Shown here: piece by piece, positions 9,150-20,000 of the stretch
How positions within the stretch are numbered: position 1 is the first letter of the stretch
Layout: each line of letters begins with the position of its first letter
Assembly (NCBI GenBank): GCA_002794465.1
Contig: MTSL01000178.1
Location: 127,609 to 159,608, forward strand
DNA: 32,000 nt
Direction of reading: 5' to 3'
Source of the DNA: Paramicrosporidium saccamoebae KSL3
Taxonomy: Eukaryota > Fungi > Cryptomycota
Program-made: the position numbers and the translations under genes
The notes under the pieces: generated by a model
The model's input: only the letters and a program-made list of their open reading frames with translations
Told to the model about the DNA's origin: nothing
The model's database searches: none

Positions 9150-11859
9150 ATGGAAGACCCGGTGCGATGGACTCGTTTTCAGCTCAGGCAGCTCTGTCGT
9201 GACAAAAAGCGCAGCAAGCCAGTTGCCAAATGCATTAAAAGTGCCCGAAGGGGCAATTCTAAAAAAGGAAATCCCCCCAAAGACATGGCCATTTCAACCC
9301 CGCAAATTGACAATGTTGACACGTGGAACGACTATATCAACCTATTTAGCTGCGACCAGTGTAATGTTCAAATACGCGAATTCCGACTCTACTGCCGATA
9401 TTGCGAAAAATCCAGTCTTGACGAATGGAATTATGAGAGCTATGATCTGTGTCCTGATTGCTACCAAAAGGCGTTTCCAGCGGAGCATCCGCATCCGCGC
9501 GAAAGTTTTGCGATCCGACACATGTCCTACTTTAATCGCGATGTCTCGACACTCATCCCAGACGGCCGTTGGGAGGGCGTATTGCTGGAGAAAAGCAACG
9601 TTGAGAGACTGTGTGCTTTCTGTCATGAGAACGAGACTGCCAATGAGCCCTTCATACCCTTTCCAATGTTGCGATTGCGCAAGACTGAACTGACGGAACA
9701 ACCTTCTCAACAACGAGATTACTTTCATCGGCCATATTTTTATACTCACCATCGTTGCGCAATCCTGAGTCCAGAGGTATATCACTGTCCGACCCCAACA
9801 GCCTCAATGACAGGCTACTACAATGTTGCTGCTGCATTACATCGCGCTCGTTCATTGAAATGCACACTGTGTCGACGTTCAGGTGCCACCATCGGCTGCT
9901 TCCATGTCCGGTGCAACCGCAGTTTCCATGTCACTTGTACGGAGAGGATGGACGAGTTAGCAAATGGGGCAGTGTTCTGGTGCGAGATGCATCGAGACGG
10001 ATGGGCTGATGTTTGGAGCTGCGATGCCTGCGGTGTGGAAATGGACGACAATTGGTTTTCATGTGCCACTTGCAAAGATTACTACAATTCTTTTGATTTG
10101 TGTACGTCATGTTATGAGCGCAATGACTGGAGTCATGATCATTCAAGAGAGGACTTTATAGCAACCCAGAAGGCTCAAGAGGATCCCAATGGAAATTGCG
10201 AAAGTCCTAATGGAAACTGCGGAAATCCTAGCGTATCTTTATTACAGTCAACGGATCGATCCAATGGGCCTGTCATTACTGAGCCCTATGCGCACTCTAG
10301 TGGATCTGTCACTGCTGAGCTCTATCCGCAATCTAATGGATCTGCTCTCGCTGAGATTTATTCACCGCCCCTTACTGAGTTTTTCTCGCTATATAATGGA
10401 CCCGCCCTTGCTGATCTCTACTCGTTGGATCTTACTTCTACCATCTTTGATATTCACAACCGGGCACCTCGATGTATGTTTACTGATTCCCACTTAGCTT
10501 GTAGGGTCCACTCATAACTCGTCCGATCTCAGTGGCACTTGGATCCCACAAATCCCCCGCTGGGCAATCCTCAAATACACAGCAGAGACTACCAAGGTGC
10601 TGTCCAACTTTCTGGGTCGTGGTACTGATGCTATTGAGGCGACTCTGCTCGGCCGGGCCTTTCTCGGGATTGATGTTAATGCTACGACACTGGAACTTGC
10701 ATTGCGCAATTGTCCAGACGCAAATGTTCAACTGGGCGATTCCCGCCAGGTGCCCCTAGAGGACGGAACGGTGGGATTGGTATTATCTCATCCGCCATAC
10801 TACAAGTGCATTGTTTATTCGACAGCTGGAGAGGCACCGGGAGATTTGTCCCGTTCCGTTTCTCTCGACGACTTTTGCGTCTCCATGCGGCTCGTGGCGG
10901 CCGAATCGAGAAGAGTGCTGATGGAGGACGGACGGATTGTGCTGTGCATTGGAGATAATCGCGAATCACGCCACGTTATCCCCGTAACACTGCGTGTGCT
11001 GCAAGAGTACCTACGGATGGGATTTGTCTTGGAGGAATACATTGTCAAACGCCAACGATGCTGTGCTGGTACTGCAAAGTCAGTCAGTCTCTCCACAATG
11101 TTTGGATTTCTCCTCCTCACCCATGAAATCATTATAGTTCTCGGTAAAACATCCACAACTAGCCGCCCAATGCCGATTAACTTACTTCTGTCAGTGAGTG
11201 AAACCAAACGAGTCATTTCGGCCAGTGTCGGGATAAAACCCTGTAAGGGAACAATTTGGATGGTCCCATCAGCCTGCAGAGACATTTCCACGCATCTCCA
11301 AAACCATTTTAGTGCCGTTTTTGGTGTCGTAGGTACTATGGCGTCAATCCTTTCTGCTTCATTTGACTACCACATGGCGCTTCCGTCTGGTCCTTTTCGG
11401 ACTACAGGTGAGATTCTCGATTTGTCGACAGATTTTGAAAGAAAAAGGAGAGAGAATATGACTCGGAATGCCTCTTTCTTGGAGGTTTCATGTGTTCCTG
11501 ATGTCTCTGACAAGAGCTCTGTTATCTCATTGTTGATTGCCGAGCCTGGTGTTCCCGTCTCGGCGATTTTAGAATATGCTAAATCTTTGCCAATTGGGGC
11601 CAGCGTGATCGTCGGAACGCAGGATTCTCGATGGGAGGATGGATCGTATCACTCGGCACTGTATTCCGCGTGGAAGACTTGCAGCGCCGTCCTACAGCTT
11701 AAAGAGATTGTCTATGTGGTGCGCGAAGGATGGACACGTCATCCCTCCCAATATCAGTCCACTGTCCGTCATCCGACCGAATGGCAGCCCTCTCCCTCTC
11801 CGTTGCAGATTGCCCATCTATCATATCTCATATACACCAAACACACTAATATGCGATAG
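9150..11859 (+). CDS. ZZ-ePHD-ZZ chromatin reader fused to an N6A/N4C-type amino-methyltransferase plus degenerate second MTase domain; intron 10474-10504; 892 aa
   Basis: Two ZZ fingers (CxxC..CxxC..Y/FDLCxxCY..H.H) and an HC5HC2H PHD-like finger. Splicing GTATGT..ACTGAT..TGTAG (31 nt) gives RAPR-W-STH...GTWIPQIPRWAILKYT...VLSNFLGRGTDAIEA...GIDVN...GDSR...LVLSHPPYY; total 2679 nt in frame. Confidence 0.82.
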
Positions 11860-12093
11860 AATGCCATAAAGATCCATTAAATTCAATTGTGTGAGGTTAT
11901 TATCAAAATCCTGTTAATCAGCGAATGAGTTTTATCAAGTGTGTGGCATACAGGATACCATCCTCCACACACGGGACTGTGGGATCGCTATCGGGGTTGG
12001 ACTCGTCAATAACAAGCGGATACCGTTTAACAGATCCTTGGCCCGTAGCTGTACTATTTCAAAAAGTATCATAAAAATTCATTGATTGATTGT

Positions 12094-13689
12094 CTACTTT
12101 TCCTCATCATGGATGAGTTGCGAATTGTTAATGCCATAAGTAAAGTAAATGAGCAGGCCTATGGCTGTCCATGCGGAAAATTGGAAAAAACCAATGAGCA
12201 CCTTTTCCATCTGCAACATCATGAACGAGTTGGCAGCCATGGCCACGCACGGAAACAGCGGCATTAGGGGAGTGGAAAAGGCTAGGGAGGTAGAGGCGAG
12301 ATAGCCGGAGTAAGCGGCAAAAAGATAGCAGAGACCAAGGAAGGGGACCAACATGGTCACAGCGGCGGTAATGTAGCCAAAGAAATGGTCAGTGTTATAG
12401 ACAACGGTCGACACAATTGTGCCCAGGAGATAGATTACGCTGAGGGCAGTTCCGAGTTTGGATATCGGACGATGCTGCTCAAACCTCACCACCAATAGTC
12501 CAGAACACAGAATTGACATTCCCAGCAGGGTTCCAAACGAAATCATATCAATCAATCCATTGTCAACATCCAAGAACAATGCCATTGCCGCAGTCAGGAT
12601 TGCCGTCATCGAAACACCAGCAACCGGTGTACCGTGATGATTCTCACGGGCAAAGAGACGGGGAAGAAGACCGTCCTTGGCAATCGCCTGGAAAATTTTT
12701 GGCTGTCCCATCAGACACGCAAACATTGTTGCCGCCATTGTAAACAGGGCACAAATTGCCACCACATACGACGCCCATGGAGCACCAACCTGCACAAATG
12801 CGTGCGCCAACGGCGACCTCTCGTCCAACAACAGATAACTCTTCATTCCGGTCAATACCAATCCTACTCCCATGTACAGAACAGTCGCTGTGCCTACAGT
12901 CAGCAACACGGCAATTGGCAGATCGCGGCCCGGATTGATGGCCTCTCCAGCCAGCGATGAGATTGTGTCATATCCAATGTATGAGAAGAACATTTCTCCA
13001 CTTCCCGAGAACACCCCATTCAGACCGTGGGGCATAAAGGGGGTCCAGTTTGACTTTTCCACGTACATGCTTCCCACACCCAAAATGAACAGAATGATTC
13101 CGAGATTCAGCGCCGTAATGCAGTTGGTGATGATGGCACCAAACTTGAGGCCGCGCGATACAATCCCACCGATCAGGAGGATAACCACTGCTGCCATCAC
13201 ATTGATACGAAAGTCAATGCCTCCCATTGTTGTCAGTGGTACGTGGTACAACACTTCAGGGACCTTCCATCCTGCTTGCGCAAAGACTGACACAAGATAT
13301 TGCGACCAGCCACCAGCAATAGCAGCGGCGGCAAAGGCATATTCCAGTGTCAAATTCCATCCAATCAGCCATCCCAAAAACTCACCCATCAGCGTGTAAA
13401 AGTATGCGTATCCAGACCCTGCGATGGGCAGACTGCTGGCAAATTCCAGGTAGCATATCCCCGTGAACAGGCTCAGGAGACCCGCTATACCGGTGGAGAA
13501 TACTACTGAGGGGCCGGCCATATCCTTGGCGATCCTCCCGCATGTCACATAAATCCCACTGCCCACAGTGGCTGCTATCCCATATGCAGTCAGGTCATAC
13601 CACGTCAAGTGTTTCTCTCCCGAGGTCTGTTCGAGACTCTTTGCTATCGGTTTCCTTCTTGTAAGTGAATTCCAAATACCCTTGCTCAT
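12094..13689 (-). CDS. Cationic amino-acid transporter-like APC permease (CAT/SLC7 type)
   Basis: TM1 motif GIAATVGSGIYV, FFSYIGYD in TM6, PKIFQAIAKDGLLP, extra C-terminal TMs with FSTPLMPLFP. Confidence 0.9.
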   Translation of the reverse strand: MSKGIWNSLTRRKPIAKSLEQTSGEKHLTWYDLTAYGIAATVGSGIYVTCGRIAKDMAGPSVVFSTGIAGLLSLFTGICYLEFASSLPIAGSGYAYFYTLMGEFLGWLIGWNLTLEYAFAAAAIAGGWSQYLVSVFAQAGWKVPEVLYHVPLTTMGGIDFRINVMAAVVILLIGGIVSRGLKFGAIITNCITALNLGIILFILGVGSMYVEKSNWTPFMPHGLNGVFSGSGEMFFSYIGYDTISSLAGEAINPGRDLPIAVLLTVGTATVLYMGVGLVLTGMKSYLLLDERSPLAHAFVQVGAPWASYVVAICALFTMAATMFACLMGQPKIFQAIAKDGLLPRLFARENHHGTPVAGVSMTAILTAAMALFLDVDNGLIDMISFGTLLGMSILCSGLLVVRFEQHRPISKLGTALSVIYLLGTIVSTVVYNTDHFFGYITAAVTMLVPFLGLCYLFAAYSGYLASTSLAFSTPLMPLFPCVAMAANSFMMLQMEKVLIGFFQFSAWTAIGLLIYFTYGINNSQLIHDEEK

Positions 13690-13734
13690 ATTGCCAGTAT
13701 GTTATACTCTTGGACAACTGTAGGCCTCGCCGGA

Positions 13735-13810
13735 TGAGTCACAAAAATGTGCTGGCGGTCCGTCAGCCAATCAGCGCATTGAGTCATTTATGTAGCGTGT
13801 TCATTGGCTG
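13735..13810. promoter_or_regulatory. Two AP-1/Gcn4-type TGAGTCA sites and an inverted pair of CCAAT boxes upstream of the amino-acid permease
   Basis: TGAGTCA at 13735-13741 and 13780-13786; CAGCCAAT 13764-13771 and ATTGGCTG 13803-13810; 46-121 bp upstream of the permease ATG. Confidence 0.55.
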
Positions 13811-14795
13811 GTTCAGATGGCGGTTGTAATGCGTCATTTCCAACTTGTGGAATCAGTCATAATGCTAGCGTAAAGCAGGTATCCAAGGCTTTATAAGAAT
13901 TGTTGGCAAATTTCGAAAAGTTGCCTTATTAAAAGTGTATCCCTTTTGTAAATATCCACTCTCAATACCAATACACTGGATTAGGGTTCTGGAATAGACA
14001 TTTTTATTGGGGTTGTCAATGGACACTAACGATTTCTTTTGCGTCCCAAGCCAGACACACTGCGATATCTTAGTGTATCGAATATTAAGTGCACCCATCA
14101 ATGTTCAAGTCTCCGTGAAGCATGGTGCGCCAGTTAATTTTGTTATGGTTGCACGTAGTGTCGGCTATTAACCTATAACGAAGACACTAGGATGGTGTCA
14201 CCGCCTCAAATATAGCCATTTGTCTAGCAAGCACAGAAAAGGACCGACTAGCCAACCAGTGGACCGACGGGCAAGCAAATTCTTGCACACTGACCAGGGT
14301 AAATGGCGGTCTTATATAGTGGCAATTTGTAGAATTCCGCTGTTGATGGGCGAGTTGGCATTCTCAAACTATATGGCGCCATTCATAACATGACTGGAAT
14401 GAATTTTGTTGCGTAATGAGGAAGATGCCATGGACCAAGCCAAGCGTGAAGGGACGAGAAGAAAAGAGATGAGAATAGACGGGAGAGAACTCGTTCACTG
14501 TGCCACTGCTAGCCCGACGGCCTACTCCTAGTCTCACAAATTACGTAGTAGTAATCTTAAAATAGCAGGGATGTAGATTTCACCGTCTTTCACCGGTTGC
14601 TCCAAATACATGTCCTCAATACTCAACTGATCACTCTGTATCACAGGCTCCAGGATCGGTATTTGGGCTAGACCACCAAAAGTGGAGCCTGCTTACCACT
14701 CGCTCTGGCATGGCCAAACATCATTAATGCTTATTCATCTTTTACATCGGGCGTATGTTGGCTTTCCAAATAAGGAAATAGCATGAGCGAATCAT

Positions 14796-16973
14796 ATGAC
14801 ATCTAGCAGCATGAATACTTTGACCGCAATTAGCTCGGCCATGGTGCAACTGGATGAGGCAGCCTATCGTCTTGTGATGAGTGTTCCGGAGCATCGCAAA
14901 AAGTACCTCTTTGTTTTGGCCATGACACTCGTGTCAACCTACGTTGCGCGACGTAAACTCGGCCGCTCTGCCGCCCGCAATCCGTTGACGGAACTGGTGG
15001 AGCGCCGTCGCGTGCACAGAAAAGTCGGTGTGGACGCGCAATTCCTGGCCCAACTAAAGAAAATTGTGCCGATTTGCGTGCCGGGTGTGGCCAGCAAGGA
15101 ATGTGCATTGTTAGTGTCATTGGCGGGGATATTGATTGCCAGGACGTGGCTGGACATTTGGTTCTCCAGCTTCAACGGAGTTGTGGTGCGGTCCATTGTG
15201 TCGCGGGATTGGCAGCTCTTTACCAAAAATGCCCTGTTTCTGTTTGGAATGATGATGTGGCCGATGAGTGTGGTGAATAACTCGCTGAAGCTGAACATTA
15301 ACATGTTGGCGTTGGCGTTCCGGTCAAGGCTGACGCACTATGCACATGATCAGTACTTGAAGGCCATTACGTTCTACAAGGTCGCCAATCTGGATAATCG
15401 GATCCAGAACGCGGACCAGCTGCTCACTCAGGACATTGACAAGTTTAGCGAGACAATGACCCATCTTTATTCGGATATTGCCAAGCCGATTGTGGACATT
15501 GGGCTGTTTGCGTACAAGCTTGGCCAGTCGATTGGAGCTGAGGCGCCTTTGATGATGCTGGCATACTTTGTTACTTCGGGAGTGGTACTTCGGGCCGTCT
15601 CGCCGCCATTTGGAAAGTACACGGCCATTGAACAGAACCTGGAGGGTGAGCTCCGCTACAACCATAGCCGTATTATTGCTCATTCCGAAGAGATTGCATT
15701 TTATCGCGGTGGAGAGAGGGAGAAGCAGATTGCCAATGGAACTTTCCAGCGGATCAAGGGCCATTTGCGCAAAGTGTTTGTGCTGAGATTTACCAATGGG
15801 ATTATTGACTCTGTTCTTGTCAAGTATTGTGCCACCCAGCTGGCCTTTTTTATTCTGAGCCGACCGGTGTTTGGCAGGAATGCTGAACGGTATTCCAAAG
15901 AGGTGGTTGGTACGGATTCCACAAAGATTATGGAAGACTACAGCACAAATTCGGGCTATCTTATCAATTTGTCGCAGGCCGTGGGAAGACTTGTGTTGGC
16001 GGGACGCGATCTGACTCGATTTGCAGGCTACACGTTCCGAGTGTCAGAGTTCTTTGCAGTGCTGGAGGACATTAACAGTGGAAGATATCAACGCACAATG
16101 GTGTCGACGGATCCATCGGGAATCAACGAGGTGCGCACAATTGACCAAGGATCGCTGGATGGACAGATTGTGGAAATGGATGGAGTGATTGAGTTTAAGA
16201 ATGTTCCGATCTGCACGCCAAACGGAGACATTTTGGTGCCGTCCATGTCGTTCCGAGTGGAATCGGGGATGAACTGTCTGATCACGGGACCGAATGGATG
16301 TGGAAAAAGTTCACTATTCCGCATTCTTGGCGGACTGTGGCCAATCTTTGGAGGCGTACTGACAAAGCCGTCACCCCGCAACATGTTCTATGTGCCACAA
16401 AAACCCTACTTGACGTTGGGAACTTTGCGCGACCAACTAATCTACCCGGACGTGCGCGAAGATGCTACCAAGGCAGGATTTGACGATGCAAACCTGATGG
16501 CGCTACTTGGAAAGGTGAATTTGGAATACTTGGTGTCACGCGAGGGCGGTTGGGATGCAGTGCGTGATTGGGCGGATGTGTTGTCAGGAGGTGAGAAACA
16601 ACGGGTGGCAATGGCGCGACTGTTCTATCATCGCCCACAGTTTGCCATCCTCGATGAGTGCACAAGTGCAGTAAGTATGGACGTGGAAGGACAAATGTAC
16701 CGTTATGCCCGCGAACTGGGAATTACCCTATTTACAGTATCCCATCGACCGTCGTTGGTACCATACCATGAATTCCTGCTACGATTCGATGGCCAGGGGA
16801 ATTATGAATTTGAAGAGCTGAAACATGATGGGGCTTTTGCATTTGCCCGGAACAATGGTGACTCATCGCCAAGTCGACCGGTCAAGATGATGACGGAGGG
16901 ACCATATGTTGGCGACGGACATGATTACTTTGAAGAAGAGGAGGGTGAATTGTCTGATGACGAATTGGAGTAA
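14796..16973 (+). CDS. ABCD3: Peroxisomal ABC half-transporter, ABCD family (PMP70/ABCD3, Pxa-like)
   Basis: NADQLLTQDIDKF, EAA-like EEIAFYRG, Walker A GPNGCGKSS, signature LSGGEKQR, Walker B AILDECTSA, TVSHR switch. Confidence 0.92.
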   Translation: MTSSSMNTLTAISSAMVQLDEAAYRLVMSVPEHRKKYLFVLAMTLVSTYVARRKLGRSAARNPLTELVERRRVHRKVGVDAQFLAQLKKIVPICVPGVASKECALLVSLAGILIARTWLDIWFSSFNGVVVRSIVSRDWQLFTKNALFLFGMMMWPMSVVNNSLKLNINMLALAFRSRLTHYAHDQYLKAITFYKVANLDNRIQNADQLLTQDIDKFSETMTHLYSDIAKPIVDIGLFAYKLGQSIGAEAPLMMLAYFVTSGVVLRAVSPPFGKYTAIEQNLEGELRYNHSRIIAHSEEIAFYRGGEREKQIANGTFQRIKGHLRKVFVLRFTNGIIDSVLVKYCATQLAFFILSRPVFGRNAERYSKEVVGTDSTKIMEDYSTNSGYLINLSQAVGRLVLAGRDLTRFAGYTFRVSEFFAVLEDINSGRYQRTMVSTDPSGINEVRTIDQGSLDGQIVEMDGVIEFKNVPICTPNGDILVPSMSFRVESGMNCLITGPNGCGKSSLFRILGGLWPIFGGVLTKPSPRNMFYVPQKPYLTLGTLRDQLIYPDVREDATKAGFDDANLMALLGKVNLEYLVSREGGWDAVRDWADVLSGGEKQRVAMARLFYHRPQFAILDECTSAVSMDVEGQMYRYARELGITLFTVSHRPSLVPYHEFLLRFDGQGNYEFEELKHDGAFAFARNNGDSSPSRPVKMMTEGPYVGDGHDYFEEEEGELSDDELE

Positions 16974-17098
16974 AAGGAGTAAATGGTTCATAAATACTAA
17001 TACTATATATATGGGTCTAGTGGGTGGTGGATAATACTGTTGTCATATGAGCACTTTGCCACACGAGCAAACTCCTGGCACCTCCACACGGTTATAGG

Positions 17099-20000
17099 CT
17101 ACTGGGATCGGTAGTTTTGCTTGAACCAGACAATAAGGGCCTCAATAGTGTCAAAACGCTTACCCCGCAAAATAAACCCGCTGGGAGTAACATCAACCGG
17201 CTCACGATACTCCCGTCCACCGGGTTGGAAGGACAGAATCACATGGCCGGGTCGACGATGATCCAAGACGAGACAATACGCAATTCGGTCAGGATTTTGA
17301 CGACGCATCTCGAGGAGATGGGAGGCCGTGTCGCCGATATGGTATTTGGGGGTGGCCTTGACGTCGCGTAGATAGGAGGCAATGGGCTCAATGTGACGAG
17401 CCACAACCTCATCAAGATCTTCATAGTGCAAAGAGCCAACCCGAACCTCATTGTCACGGAGTTGCAGATCAATATGTTGAAAGAGGGCAGTGGGACCGTC
17501 ATCAAGCTTCCAAGTACAGGTCACATGGGCGCCGTCGCGGGAGCTGGGACGGAAAATGGCCTCACCCAACACTGCGTCCTTTAACAATGTCTCTGCCTGA
17601 CTGCGGGAGACATTGCGGAAGGCGGGATGGACGACCCGAGGCGCTGATCGGACGGAGGGAGTACGTACAGGGACGGAAGCAATTCGAGAAGAGTCGTAAT
17701 AAGGGTCACGACCAAACCGTGGACTACAGGACTCGTCAGGACGTTGCAACTTGCAGTCCACAGAAAAGGAAACCAAATCAATACTAACAACCTTTGCATC
17801 GACACTCTGACCCGGACGCAATCTTTCGCCAGTATGCAGAGTACCCTCCACACCCGAAGCCAATCGTGCAATAATACGATCTCCAACACGTACTATCTGT
17901 ACTCTTACGGGAGCACCAATCCATAAAGTGCGCTCATTCTCTCCCGTCAACATTTCAAATAACGCTTCCTCCGAGGGTCCGGTGGAGAGGGTGCGTAGAT
18001 CGGTATAGGGTTGTTGCAGTTCCGCCTTGATATCCAACAGAGTCAAATGTTTGGCAGGCTGACCTCTTTTGATCAATTCCTTGGCATATTCATCAAGCAG
18101 CAGATCGTCCAATCGCGTGGGATGTTGCATGACAGCGTGGACAGCACGTTCGTCATCCTCAAGGGCCAATTCCATGGCATCGGCAGCCATTTTGCGAGCA
18201 AGCGGATAGTTTTCCGGATGGACACGTGTACGATCCAATGGTTCATCGCCGCTGATCCGCAAGAAACTGGCGCAGTTGAAGCACACTACGGGGCCTAACC
18301 AACGCGATAATTCTGTTCGATTGGCAATGGTTGTGTGGGCAAGACTCTTGACAAGCATTTCGGCTTTACGGGGCCCCAATCCACATACATATTGCAGGGG
18401 CGATCGCATCCAAGCCCCGGAAAGAGTCTGATGGAGATCCACACCAACCAAATTCACCACATTGACAAAGGCTCGATGCAAATGTTTTAGTCGGGTGTCA
18501 GTCCGCACTAAACTGGCCAATGGACTGGGATCAAGGGCAAGCAATTCCACATCACTTAGTGCCGTCAACTCAAACAGCGGATTCATCCATCGTCGAGCCA
18601 CAGCAATGCAATAGCGCACTAATGGCGGCATGTCAGGCCATTCCCGTTGGCCCCGGGCTGAGATGCAATATATCCGCGCCGTGTCATCTTCTGCATACAT
18701 TACAGTGGGCGAGGTTGTTGGCCGTTTTGTCCGTCCCTCTCCATACGAAATCTTTTGTCCACGGAGCTCCTCATACAGATCACGTGTCTCCAATGTCCGA
18801 CCTGCCACCAAAATGCAGCCCGGTTCATTGTCTACAGCAAATTGCACAAGACGATCCCATTCGTCCCTATTGTTTGCACGGTGTTTGGGATGTAATCGGG
18901 CAATCCGCGTCTGCTCCAACACACGGCCCCGGTTATCCACAATCACTGCCATCAGTACTGCATCCGGACCGCCTGTTCCCCAACTGACGGCCATGGCCTT
19001 GGTGCCTGTATACGGCAGGGACATCATCTTGTCCTGTAGCAGATATTGCCCTGCCGTTGCCACCCAGCGCTCCGCATTATGGCGCAATTTGGCCGTCACG
19101 TGGCGACGCAATGGAGGAAGAATGAAATCATCAATGGCCTTGGATAGTGCCTGACGACGCACCTGACTCCATTCATCTTCGCCTCCTGCTCCATATAACC
19201 GACTGAAATGTTCCCGTGACTCTTCCAGCCCCGGAAATACCACCTGAAAAGTCAATAGTCCCACTGCTTCGCCCTTGACGAGTAAGAGGAATTGATCCTC
19301 TTGGAACGCACCAGTCGGTTTGTTGGTCACATACAGAATGGATGCCATTTCGTGCTGATTATCGACTTCCTGGAGACCTCGTTCTGTGGGGGTTACCGTA
19401 ATGGCAGCCATTCTCTCCAGACTGGAACGGATGCTCAAATGTCCATAAGGATGATGGCCAATGTATGCACTGACATGGGCAATCAATGCAGTGGAATCCA
19501 AAGGGTTCCCCTCACTAGAGTTGGGATGATGGATACATTGCTGTTTCTGCAGATTCTCCACAAACTGCTCCATGGCCAGAGTGGAGGCAATTCTCTGTTG
19601 CTCCAACTCTTGACGTGTACCACGCTTCTTGTCCCAACGCAAATAATCGCTAACCACGGCGAGAATCTCCATCGAATCTGCGGATTGCACCACCTTGACC
19701 AACAGCTCATCCTCCACCTGCTGTAGCATTAGTTTTTGTTGTCGTCTCAATAATGCCCATTGCTCGTCCAAATCCCAAATACTCCATAAATCATTCAATC
19801 CCATCAAATGTTGGAAATATTCCTTCCGATGAGTAGCCACGGTGGGGACTTCTAACAAATGTTCCCGGAACAGCGACAGTACTGCTGCAATGGTCGCTAC
19901 CAATGTGGGATGGTCCACATTGACAAATTTTTCTGCAAAAGCAACGTCTTGGGACCATTTCAGGGCGATCCATGTCGCCTCTGCTTCCAACTCTTCTGGC

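Noticed and set aside
9115-9693. 192-aa overlapping + strand ORF and the many other 60-190-aa ORFs nested in long genes
   Set aside because: Alternative-frame or antisense ORFs over well-supported genes, with no motifs of their own.
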